A stretch of DNA of 64,000 bases from an uncultured bacterium. GTDB taxonomy: Bacteria; Chloroflexota; UBA5177; JANWHV01. Where the stretch lies: contig CAWHAE010000017.1 in NCBI GenBank assembly GCA_963827235.1, positions 160,001-224,000 of the forward strand, written 5' to 3'. Position numbers and translations under genes: made by a program. Shown one piece after another: positions 19,357-27,451 of the stretch. Positions within the stretch are counted from its first letter, which is position 1. Each line of letters opens with the position of its first letter. A model generated the notes under the pieces. That model saw only the letters and a program-made list of their open reading frames with translations. It did no database searches and was not told where the DNA came from.

Positions 19357-20439
19357 CTATGCTTCGGGAAACAGGAGCACGCTGCGGAGGCCGTGACCCG
19401 ATTGCATTGCCTCGAACTCGCGGTTGATCTCTTCGAGCGATGTCAGCGTGCGCGACAGAAGCGGAGCGAGCTGGATCTTTCCGTCCATCGCCCAGCGAGC
19501 CAGCAGCGGAAAGTGTTCGGCGGGGCGGCACGAGCCGTAGATACAGCCTCGGATGGTTTGCTGGCGGCTCATGAAGCGGCGGGGAGCGAAAGCCAATTGC
19601 GCGTCGCGCGCGGCGGCACCAAGCAACACCAGCGTGCCGCCCGGAGCCAGGGCGTCGAGCGCTTGTCGCATCACCCCGGGATGCCCAACAACCTCAAACG
19701 CCATGTCTACTCCGCGGTCGTCTGTTCGCTCCCGGATCGCGTCGACCACGGAGTCATCCGCGATTAGTCCCTCGGTAGCACCCAATCGCAACGCCAGATC
19801 CACTTTCGCGGGAATGCGATCGATCGCGATAATACTGCCGGCTTGTGCCAGCGAGACGCCCTGCACCACGTTCATGCCGACACCTCCCAGGCCAAACACG
19901 GCGACAGCCATACCCAATTCAACTCGAGCATCGAACAGGGCTGCACCAACGCCGGTCGCGACCCCGCAGCCGATGAGCGCCGCGTGCGCAGGCGGCAGCC
20001 CCGCTGGTATGGGAATAGCAGCGCCGGCAGGAACCACGACGTAGCGGCAGAAGGTGCCACTCCGCAGGAAGGGAATAACGGCCCGCCCATCGCGCGCGCG
20101 ATGCACGCGAGGCTCGAGTGTGCCGCGGGGCGCTTCGCACCAAGGCTCTCGTCCACGCCGGCAGGCGCGACATGTGCCGCACGGCACCTTCCAGTACAGC
20201 ACAACCGTCGTGCCGGGGGCTGGTGACGTTACGCCAAGTCCCACTTGCTCGACCACGCCGGTTCCTTCATGGCCCAGCACTTGCGGAAACGCGTGCTGGT
20301 CGCGGCTGGCCGTCAGATCGGTGTGGCATAAGCCGGCTGCAAGGATTTTTACCAGTACTTCTCCAGGTCCCGGTGGTGCAACGCGCACATCCTCGACCAC
20401 AACCGGGCCAAGGCGCTCGTTCACGAGTGCGGCAGGCAC
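19357..20439 (-). CDS. Zn-dependent alcohol/aldehyde dehydrogenase (class III / MscR-like)
   Basis: GLCHTD, LGHEG, structural Zn CGTCRAC-x7-C, IGCGVATGVGA, VFGLGGVG. Confidence 0.92.
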   Translation of the reverse strand: MPAALVNERLGPVVVEDVRVAPPGPGEVLVKILAAGLCHTDLTASRDQHAFPQVLGHEGTGVVEQVGLGVTSPAPGTTVVLYWKVPCGTCRACRRGREPWCEAPRGTLEPRVHRARDGRAVIPFLRSGTFCRYVVVPAGAAIPIPAGLPPAHAALIGCGVATGVGAALFDARVELGMAVAVFGLGGVGMNVVQGVSLAQAGSIIAIDRIPAKVDLALRLGATEGLIADDSVVDAIRERTDDRGVDMAFEVVGHPGVMRQALDALAPGGTLVLLGAAARDAQLAFAPRRFMSRQQTIRGCIYGSCRPAEHFPLLARWAMDGKIQLAPLLSRTLTSLEEINREFEAMQSGHGLRSVLLFPEA

Positions 20440-20464
20440 GTAGTAGGACGACGTTGTCGCGCTC

Positions 20465-21244
20465 CTATTCTTGCGGTGACTGGATCATGCCTACGACTCG
20501 TCCTCCGAGGCTCAGGCTCATACGATAGGAATATCGGTCAGCTCTGTAGAGGGCGATCACGTGCTCTACCGGCCGGCCGTCCGCGCTTATGGTCACCCTG
20601 TCCACCCGAAGCAACGGTCCGTTGCGCTGGTAAGCAAGCGCCTTGGCCTGTTCCATCGTCGCGACTGTGGCTTCTATGATCTGATCGGCATCGACGACTT
20701 TGATGCCCCTTTGGTTGAGCAGTTGGTGCATCGAGCCGGTGTAGTCCAGGTCGGGCGTCAGGCCGCACCATTCGGCCAGGTGCGCGTACATCAGCGCAAC
20801 CGGCTGCTCGCTGGCCAGTCGAAGCCGGTCCAGCCTCAGGGTCTGTGCGCCCTCACAAACACCCAGGCGCTGGGCCACGTTGGCATCTGCAGGCTCATAC
20901 TCCGCCCGCAAGACCTCGGCTCTCGGCACTAGTCCATGCTCGCCCACCTCGGTCGTAAAGCTGACCAGTTCGGGCAGGTGCTCTTGCAGCCGGAGGGCGG
21001 TCACAAAGGTCCCGCGCGGCCTCTGGAGCCGGACTAGGCCCTTGCCGGCGAGCTCGCGTACGGCTTGCCGCACCGTGGCACGGCTGACGCCAAACAGATG
21101 CTGGAGCTCGTCCTCCGTCGGAATGGCGTCACCGGGCTTCAGATCGCCGCGCTGGATGTGCAGCCGCAAGGCCTCGGCGATCTGGTAGTAGAGTGGCATT
21201 GGCGTGGAGCGATCAAGCGGTGGAGCGCTGAACTTCGCCATCAA
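20465..21244 (-). CDS. GntR-family regulator, HutC subfamily (UTRA)
   Basis: PLYYQI, PTEDEL, FGVSRATVRQA, RGTFV, C-terminal GRPVE...YRADRY. Confidence 0.95.
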   Translation of the reverse strand: MMAKFSAPPLDRSTPMPLYYQIAEALRLHIQRGDLKPGDAIPTEDELQHLFGVSRATVRQAVRELAGKGLVRLQRPRGTFVTALRLQEHLPELVSFTTEVGEHGLVPRAEVLRAEYEPADANVAQRLGVCEGAQTLRLDRLRLASEQPVALMYAHLAEWCGLTPDLDYTGSMHQLLNQRGIKVVDADQIIEATVATMEQAKALAYQRNGPLLRVDRVTISADGRPVEHVIALYRADRYSYRMSLSLGGRVVGMIQSPQE

Positions 21245-22191
21245 GGATTCCTAGTTGAATGATGGACCAGCAGCTCGTAGGCCCTTTCCGCAGCGTCTCT
21301 TGCTTGCTGATAGTTGCCGCGCCAGAATTGGTCCAGGCAGTACAGATACGGTTCGTTCACCAACGATCTTGCCTGGGACCTGGGCATTGTCGCCCTATCG
21401 CGTCGGACCAGCTCGAGTAGCCTCACCTGCAACGCCAGCACGCCGAGGTGCGCACTTCGTGCTTCAGGTGATATCGCGTGGCATGTGCGCCTCCCGAGTT
21501 CCGCAAGCCTGTCGACGATGACCGCAGCCAGCGTCTGACCACGCTCTGCCGATGCACCGATGCGCGGATCCTCGCCCGTGACGCCAAGGAGCGGCCCCTC
21601 AGCAGGCAGGCGATCTGCATGCACCATATCTGGTAGCAACGCCAGCATCAGCGACGTTTCCCAGGCTCCAGCGTGGTCTCCGCCGTGGAACCCCATGTCG
21701 ACGGTCAGCTCAAATTCGGGAAGCGCCCAGACCGTGAGGCTACTCCGGTGCATGACGTGCAAGGCCGCGCGCTTTAGCGCTGTGTAGTGGTCGATGCCGT
21801 AGTGGCAGGCCAGCACAACTGCACCGCGACAGCCAATCTGGCCAAGCTGTTCGAGGATGCTGACAAAGAGCCGCTCCACAATCTCCGGCTCGATGCGCGT
21901 GGTATAGGGAAATGGCACTCCCCCGATAGCCCAGTACGTTGGCGGCACGACCACACCGCCGGATTGTCGCGCGGCGCGCTCGCAGAGCTTCTCAGCCAGC
22001 ACCCCATCGAGCCCGAGCGGCAGGTGATGGCAATGCCACTCGAGGGTCCCGGATGGCACCCAAGCGATCGGCGCTGCATCAAGAATAGCGGCCATTTCGG
22101 CGGGAAGCAGCTCAGCGTAACGTCCCCAACCCTGGCCGGCGGTTTCCCCCCGCGTATCGGGGGCAGCGTGGTACGCAGATCGATGAGGCAC
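21241..22191 (-). CDS. Creatininase/MftE-family amidohydrolase
   Basis: GTLEWHCHHLPLGLD, CHYG, DHAGAWETS; start uncertain. Confidence 0.88.
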   Translation of the reverse strand: MPHRSAYHAAPDTRGETAGQGWGRYAELLPAEMAAILDAAPIAWVPSGTLEWHCHHLPLGLDGVLAEKLCERAARQSGGVVVPPTYWAIGGVPFPYTTRIEPEIVERLFVSILEQLGQIGCRGAVVLACHYGIDHYTALKRAALHVMHRSSLTVWALPEFELTVDMGFHGGDHAGAWETSLMLALLPDMVHADRLPAEGPLLGVTGEDPRIGASAERGQTLAAVIVDRLAELGRRTCHAISPEARSAHLGVLALQVRLLELVRRDRATMPRSQARSLVNEPYLYCLDQFWRGNYQQARDAAERAYELLVHHSTRNP

Positions 22192-22212
22192 GCTCGTTCC
22201 AAACGGTCAGGC

Positions 22213-22228
22213 CATCATACGAATGTAA
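22213..22228. promoter_or_regulatory. Degenerate copy of the palindromic operator overlapping a minus-strand -10
   Basis: CATCATAC-GAATGTAA; the minus strand reads TATGAT just upstream of the creatininase-gntR-adh operon. Confidence 0.45.
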
Positions 22229-22405
22229 GCACAATAGTACTGAGCGCTTTGCGGCTCGTCAACTGGCCGGGGGGACCATCCGGTTTGTGCGTCATACTCC
22301 TGCCTCAGCCGGTGTGGCTCGCGCTTGGCCATGGAGTACTGAGCGGCGCACCGCCGCGTGCGACGAGTGTGGAAAGCCCGTGTGCTTATCCGGCCGATTG
22401 ACTTG

Positions 22406-23680
22406 CTACACCATAGGATAGTCGCGATAGTCGTTGACGGCATCAAACAGGGCCAGCAAGTTATCGACGGGAATGGCAGCCTGCACGTTATGGACTGGGT
22501 TGAATACGAAGCCACCTCCAGCACCGAAAATGCGCATCCGTGCTTTGACCATGTCTCGGATCTCCGCCGGCGTGCCAAAGGGTAAGACTCTCTGAGTATC
22601 GACGCCACCGCCCCAGAAGGTGATGCGACTGCCGTATCTCTGCTTCAGGGCAACAGGGTCCATCTCGGCTGCAGAGGTCTGCACGGGGTTGAAGATATCA
22701 AAGCCGCTGTCGATCAGATCGTCCATGAGCCGCCAGATCGAGCCGCAGCTGTGTATGAACGTCCGCCAGTGCGTATGTGCGTGGATCCAGCCGTTGACGC
22801 GACGGTAGAACGGCTGAAAGAGCTGGCGGTAGGTCTTGGGCGAGACGAAGGGACCATGCTGTGCCCCGAAGTCAGTACCTGAGATGAAGACGGCGCTGAC
22901 CCGATCGCCCACTACCCCATAGATGCGCGCTAGGTTCTGTAGCGCGATCTCGCACTGGCGATCGAAGAGCTCGTAAACATAGTCTTTGCGCGCGCTCAAG
23001 CTGACGTACCACTCCTCGATGCCTCGAATTCCCTTCGGATGCTTGAGGCCCATGCCGGGCACGAGTGCCGCGTCGCCGAAGCCCGTACCTCCAAAGCTTC
23101 CGACGATGGCCCGGTCGCTAGCAGCAAGGCGCGCGACCTGGGCTTCCAGGTATGCGAGCGTGTCCGCGGTGAGGTGGCCGAATTCTTCCAGGTTGTCTTC
23201 GACACGCAGATGGTCGTCGTCTACCGGTTGCTGCCGGTCGATGGCATCGAAGTAGTAGCCACCACGGGGCATGCGCGCACAGGCGGGTACGGATTTGTCG
23301 CTCTGCGGGTACATCAGGACGTCGCCGTTGGGTTCAGCTTCAGTGTTGAAGCCGCCGGGCACGAGGACGGGGGTGCCCGCGAACGTTGTCCATGGCTTCC
23401 AGTCTTGGTTCTTGAAGCCAAAGCGCGTAGTGGGCATATGCAGGCGGACCACATCCACGCCAAGCGCCTCCTGCAAGTCCGGCGTGACCTCGCCTAGCAG
23501 CATGTACGGTTCGATCACCCTGACCGGGGTGCCGGGCGGATCGAGACGCAGCGCCTGCCGGAGCAGATAGAGCGAGTCGACGTGTATGCCCGTGGCATTG
23601 GTGCCTCCCAGGTCTAGCGGCACGCGGTCCGCTTCTTGGTGCTGCAATGCCAGTTCCACGCGTGTGCGCGACGTGACCAT
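22406..23680 (-). CDS. Uroporphyrinogen decarboxylase-like / MtaA-CmuA family protein
   Basis: EADRVPLDLGG, DFGAQ, FIHSCG, NPVQTSA, FWGGGVDTQ, GGGFVFNPVHNVQ. Confidence 0.9.
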   Translation of the reverse strand: MVTSRTRVELALQHQEADRVPLDLGGTNATGIHVDSLYLLRQALRLDPPGTPVRVIEPYMLLGEVTPDLQEALGVDVVRLHMPTTRFGFKNQDWKPWTTFAGTPVLVPGGFNTEAEPNGDVLMYPQSDKSVPACARMPRGGYYFDAIDRQQPVDDDHLRVEDNLEEFGHLTADTLAYLEAQVARLAASDRAIVGSFGGTGFGDAALVPGMGLKHPKGIRGIEEWYVSLSARKDYVYELFDRQCEIALQNLARIYGVVGDRVSAVFISGTDFGAQHGPFVSPKTYRQLFQPFYRRVNGWIHAHTHWRTFIHSCGSIWRLMDDLIDSGFDIFNPVQTSAAEMDPVALKQRYGSRITFWGGGVDTQRVLPFGTPAEIRDMVKARMRIFGAGGGFVFNPVHNVQAAIPVDNLLALFDAVNDYRDYPMV

Positions 23681-23915
23681 AATAGGGCCTTCCTTTCAAT
23701 CTCGCGTACGCAGCCACTCGCCTAGCTGCTCCATGACTCCATCACGTGCGCAGAGGCCGCTCTCGCGGGGGACCTTGCCCTTTCGGAGGTCGGCACAAGC
23801 TTATCCAGTGGAAGGTGCTCTATAGGCACGACAAAGTCGGCACCCACGCTACCGGCAGGTCTGACAGGTTGTCCTTCCGCCGGAGTCCCTGGTTCCATGC
23901 CGGCCCATAACATCA

Positions 23916-23931
23916 TATCGTACGTACGTTA
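23916..23931. promoter_or_regulatory. Palindromic operator beside a minus-strand -10 upstream of the UroD-like gene
   Basis: TATCGTAC-GTACGTTA; minus-strand TATGAT immediately adjacent. Confidence 0.55.
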
Positions 23932-23954
23932 CTGCTTGAGCGAGGACACTGCAA

Positions 23955-24274
23955 CATGCATGCTCTCGCACCGTCTGCTCTCGCTGGCCATAGAGCAAGA
24001 GGCACGAGGGGTCAGCGATACCCAGCTGCGCGGCGATGCGGAGCACGACGGCCGGGGGAACAGCGATAGGATCGGTCAGGAACGTGCCCAGGTAGCGCAC
24101 GGTGCACAGTTGCACTCCGAAACCGAGCCGGTTGTGCGCGCCACGACGCTGGCCAATGAGCCCAAGGTCGAAGTCATTCAGGTAGAAACAGCGCGCGAGA
24201 TCGGTTGCCGACGGTTCTCTGGTGTAGCAGCCATAGCGACGTTCTTGCTCGGCGGTAAGAAAATCAACCGGCAT
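23955..24274 (-). pseudogene. tnpA: Tn3-family transposase N-terminal fragment (DUF4158)
   Basis: MPVDFLTAEQERRYG...RRGAHNRLGFGVQLCTVRYLGTFL...YGQREQTVREH; homology ends after about 105 aa. Confidence 0.9.
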
Positions 24275-24324
24275 GGATGCAGCAGTCTCATCCTCTCGCA
24301 GGTGAGTAATGCTGCTAGAATAAA

Positions 24325-24406
24325 CGTTATCGCAAGAATCTCGCTAGACGTTCTCCGGATAACCCAGCGAGAGATCGGGGTCAAATCTTATCGTTATCAC
24401 AAGAAT
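24325..24406. repeat. Candidate res/recombination site between tnpA and the recombinase
   Basis: CGTTATCGCAAGAAT (24325-24339) and CGTTATCACAAGAAT (24392-24406), plus an inverted degenerate copy TTCTCCGGATAA (24351-24362). Confidence 0.6.
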
Positions 24407-24418
24407 GGGCGGTGTTCG

Positions 24419-25315
24419 ATGATCATCGCGCACCCGCGAGCCCAGGATCACACGCTCCAAGGGCTCATCACTGCCTTTCTCGCCGAGCTGGAACGCGTGA
24501 ATCGCTCACCGCACACGCGACGTGCCTATGCCTCGGATCTGGCGCGCTTCGCTTCCTTCTATATGGGCCCAGCAGACGGCATCACCGCCGACGTGCTCCG
24601 TGCTTTCTTTGCCACGTTGGCGGACTTGCAGCCGGCGACGCGTGCACGGAAGCAGGCAGCGTTGGCCAGCTTTCTCACCTGGGCGTATCAAGCGGATCTG
24701 ATTGACGCCACGCCCATGGCGCGGGTCACGCGGGTCAAGCTCCACCCACCCGATCCGCGTGGCATCGACCCTCGCCAGGTTCAGGCTATCCTCGCAGCGA
24801 TTCCCGCGCAGCAGCGCCGCGATCATCTACTGTTCCACCTAGTCGCCACGACAGGCCTGCGCATCGGCGAGGCGCTCTCGTTGTATGTGGAGGACTTGGA
24901 CCTCACGACGGACGACGAGCACGTTCGGGTGCTCGGCAAAGGGAACCGACCTCGCACGGTCCTGCTTGACGATCCTCGTCTGGTGAAGGAACTGCGCGCG
25001 TATCTGAAACTGAAACGCTATTCCCATGGCCCGCTCTTTCGTGCGGAGAAGAATGGGACCGGCGGACCACCACGCTATCAAGCGATCCAGGTGCGCTGGC
25101 AGCGCTACTGCGCAGCCGCCGACGTTACCTGCACGCTGCATCAATTGCGACATACCCATGCCACGCAGTTGGTCAACGCCGGTGTAAGTCTCGCCACCAT
25201 TCGCAAGCGGCTCGGGCACAAGAACCTGCAAACAACTCTGCGCTATGCGGAACAGACCGACGCCACTGCCGACGCGGAGGTGCGGGCGTGGCGCCGACGA
25301 TTAGTGCGGCAGTGA
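24419..25315 (+). CDS. Tyrosine recombinase (XerC/D-like), probable transposon resolvase
   Basis: SPHTRRAYASDL core-binding domain; TGLRIGE, GKGNRPR, HQLRHTHAT, LGHKNLQTTLRY. Confidence 0.93.
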   Translation: MIIAHPRAQDHTLQGLITAFLAELERVNRSPHTRRAYASDLARFASFYMGPADGITADVLRAFFATLADLQPATRARKQAALASFLTWAYQADLIDATPMARVTRVKLHPPDPRGIDPRQVQAILAAIPAQQRRDHLLFHLVATTGLRIGEALSLYVEDLDLTTDDEHVRVLGKGNRPRTVLLDDPRLVKELRAYLKLKRYSHGPLFRAEKNGTGGPPRYQAIQVRWQRYCAAADVTCTLHQLRHTHATQLVNAGVSLATIRKRLGHKNLQTTLRYAEQTDATADAEVRAWRRRLVRQ

Positions 25316-25355
25316 CCCTGAGCACCGTGTCGTAAGGGGATATGGCGATAAGCAT

Positions 25356-25620
25356 ATGGATGCAATCGACGTGATTCGCGGCCACATCAACAGCACGCTC
25401 GACAGCAAAGCAGCTACCAATCTCCTGACGCTTGTTCCGCCACACGAATTGTGTTCGACACTTGCTACTTTCCTGCAATCTGGTGACGAAGACGCAATGC
25501 GGGACGCCTGCCTTGTAATCCGCGATGGAGTGATCATGGCCTCGGGGCCGCGCCGAGAGACGCTCTGCCAGAATTCGCTTGACACATGTTTGCACTTAAC
25601 CGTGAGTCGATCTTATCGCG
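25356..25620 (+). pseudogene. Possible degraded helical-repeat cargo gene
   Basis: AAGGGG RBS-like; amphipathic helical N-terminus, then composition degrades. Confidence 0.3.
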
Positions 25621-25887
25621 GAGGATTCAGTCGCACACGTGCATTCGTGCGTCGGAGTCGTGACGTCGCACGTGATACCGGCGTCGTTGTCGCGCATCTT
25701 GCAGTACCAGGTAACACTCGTCTGTCTGCCTATCGCCACACACCACGTGCTGCACGGATTCGGTAGAAGGGCCGGGTGCCCATGCAGCGTGGCCTTCCAC
25801 CAACGACCTGTAGAACCTGCTACGCTGCCCGTGGTGCAAGGAGGTACTTGGCGAAGCGGTGTCGTCGCGCGCGGGAAGGTAGACGAA

Positions 25888-26360
25888 TGCCCGAGTACTG
25901 GCTGTACGCGATTCCAACCAAGCCTACTTTCGTGCCGGAGGAGTCGGCGCGGCGGGAGGCGAGAAGCGTCTTTGAGCAGTTCGTCTATCCGCCCAACTTC
26001 GCGCGTGGCTTGCTTCGGCGAATAAAGGACAAGGTGAGCGACGAGGTCGAATTCGTCGACGGTGGCCGGTACCTGGACAAGGTCCTATGCCCACGCTGCG
26101 GCGAGAACGTGAGAGACCCTTGGTGGCTGCAGTGGCTGGGTGAAATGGGCGGCGTGGGCTACCAGGACTTCAGAGCGACCGTCCCGTGCTGCGGCGTAGC
26201 GTATGCCATGAACGATCTAATTTACGACCCGTCTGCAGGCTGGGCTCGCTATTTGCTCGGCGCTTTGTACCCGTCGATTGACTCGCTTACGCTCTCGCAG
26301 CTGGACGAACTCGGCTCCATACTCGGATGCTACATGCGCCAGATCTGGAAGAAGCTCTGA
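25888..26360 (+). CDS. Hypothetical Zn-ribbon protein (transposon cargo)
   Basis: MPEYWLYAIPTKPTFVP...CPRCG...PCCG...LGCYMRQIW; GAAGG upstream of ATG 25888. Confidence 0.7.
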
Positions 26361-26473
26361 GCGCTGTGTGTACGAGCCGGCCTACGGCGAACGTGCTTGA
26401 GCTGCTGATACGTGATGGGCGAGTTTAACCCCCGCGCCGCTGCCTAGCACATCGCTTGGCGCGCTCGAAGTTC

Positions 26474-26511
26474 CTTAGCGTGCGTTTTCGTTCCAATGAT
26501 TGTCACAGGTG
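26474..26511 (-). mobile_element. Tn3-family terminal inverted repeat (right end)
   Basis: Minus strand ...CATTGGAACGAAAACGCACGCTAAG closely matches the inner Tn3 IR (TGGAACGAAAACTCACGTTAAG); the outer GGGG is not present. Confidence 0.75.
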
Positions 26512-27053
26512 AAGATGCACTTGTCTGTGCGCAATACTTGACGAGCTTCCTTCGACACGCGGACACGGTGAAGGTCGCTTGCATCGCCCAGATTGTGAAC
26601 GCGATCTCACCGATCCACACGTGGCGTGACGGGCTATTGTTGCACAGCACCTACTATCCACTGCTGCTTTTCGCTCAACATGCTGAAGGCCATTCTCTCG
26701 TGCCGGTCGTGACCAGCCCGTTTTACCGGGCTGGTGCGCGTGGAGACACGCCGGTGCTGGACGCGGCGGCAAGTTATCTGGCGGACGGGGACACGGCAAG
26801 CGTGTTTCTGGTCAATCGCGACATGCACGAGGAGTTGGATGTCACGGTGCACTTCGCCGACAAGCGGGTGCGAACAGTGATTGGAGTCGACGTGCTAGGC
26901 GGCGGCGACCTGAAGGCGGTGAACACGCGGGATATGCTGCACCACGTAGCACCAGTACGGGGAAGCGCGGTACCAGTCGATGCGGGAGCTGTGAGGGTGC
27001 ACATACCGGCACCAGGTCTTGCCGCGGTCCGACTTGCTCTCGGCACGCTGTAG
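26511..27053 (+). pseudogene. GH51 alpha-L-arabinofuranosidase C-terminal fragment
   Basis: EDALVCAQYLTSFLRHADTVKVACIAQIVNAISPI, TYYP, VFLVNR; starts at the Tn3 IR. Confidence 0.88.
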
Positions 27054-27451
27054 GAGCAAGGATGCCACCGACTGTTGGCTATTATGTACTGCCAAGCCGG
27101 TGCTACCTAGCAAATCCTGCAGTGAAGCGCGTGTGCTGATAGAGTGATTACTCTGTGCAACTGCGGAGGACGCTGGTTGCTCATGTTGGGGCTGGGAGAG
27201 GGCGCGACTGGGCAACGTGGAGCGCCGCCTCGTGCGGCGAGAGAGCATCTGGTCGGGCAGGTGGGCCAGCCGCGCCGCGAAGCGGTAGCTCAGCGCCTCG
27301 AACGACCGGATCACCTGTACAATGCCACGACCACGCCAGCTAGTTGACCTTCCGCAGCTTCGATCATGGGGTACTTCGGCGCCCGCCGGTACCTATCTCC
27401 CCCTACTGTTTGACAGTCTTGCGAGTCCATCGCTCGTGCTACCATCTACCG

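Noticed and set aside
17916-19427. 503-aa plus-strand ORF
   Set aside because: Antisense shadow of the DUF455 gene with no motifs.
19357-22191. Mycofactocin cluster suggested by the creatininase and ADH
   Set aside because: No MftA precursor, MftB or radical SAM MftC in the window.
22207-22608. 133-aa minus-strand ORF
   Set aside because: Overlaps the UroD-like 3' end out of frame and runs through the next promoter.
23722-23916. 64-aa ORF in the leader of the UroD-like gene
   Set aside because: No recognisable domain; it may be a remnant or a leader sequence, and the evidence is too weak to call.
23897-24418. N-terminal extension making the recombinase 472 aa
   Set aside because: It is the antisense of the tnpA fragment plus the res-like region; recombinase homology starts at about 24419.
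24419-26460. Integron integrase with cassettes
   Set aside because: The recombinase lacks the IntI-specific insertion, no attC sites are evident, and the context is Tn3.
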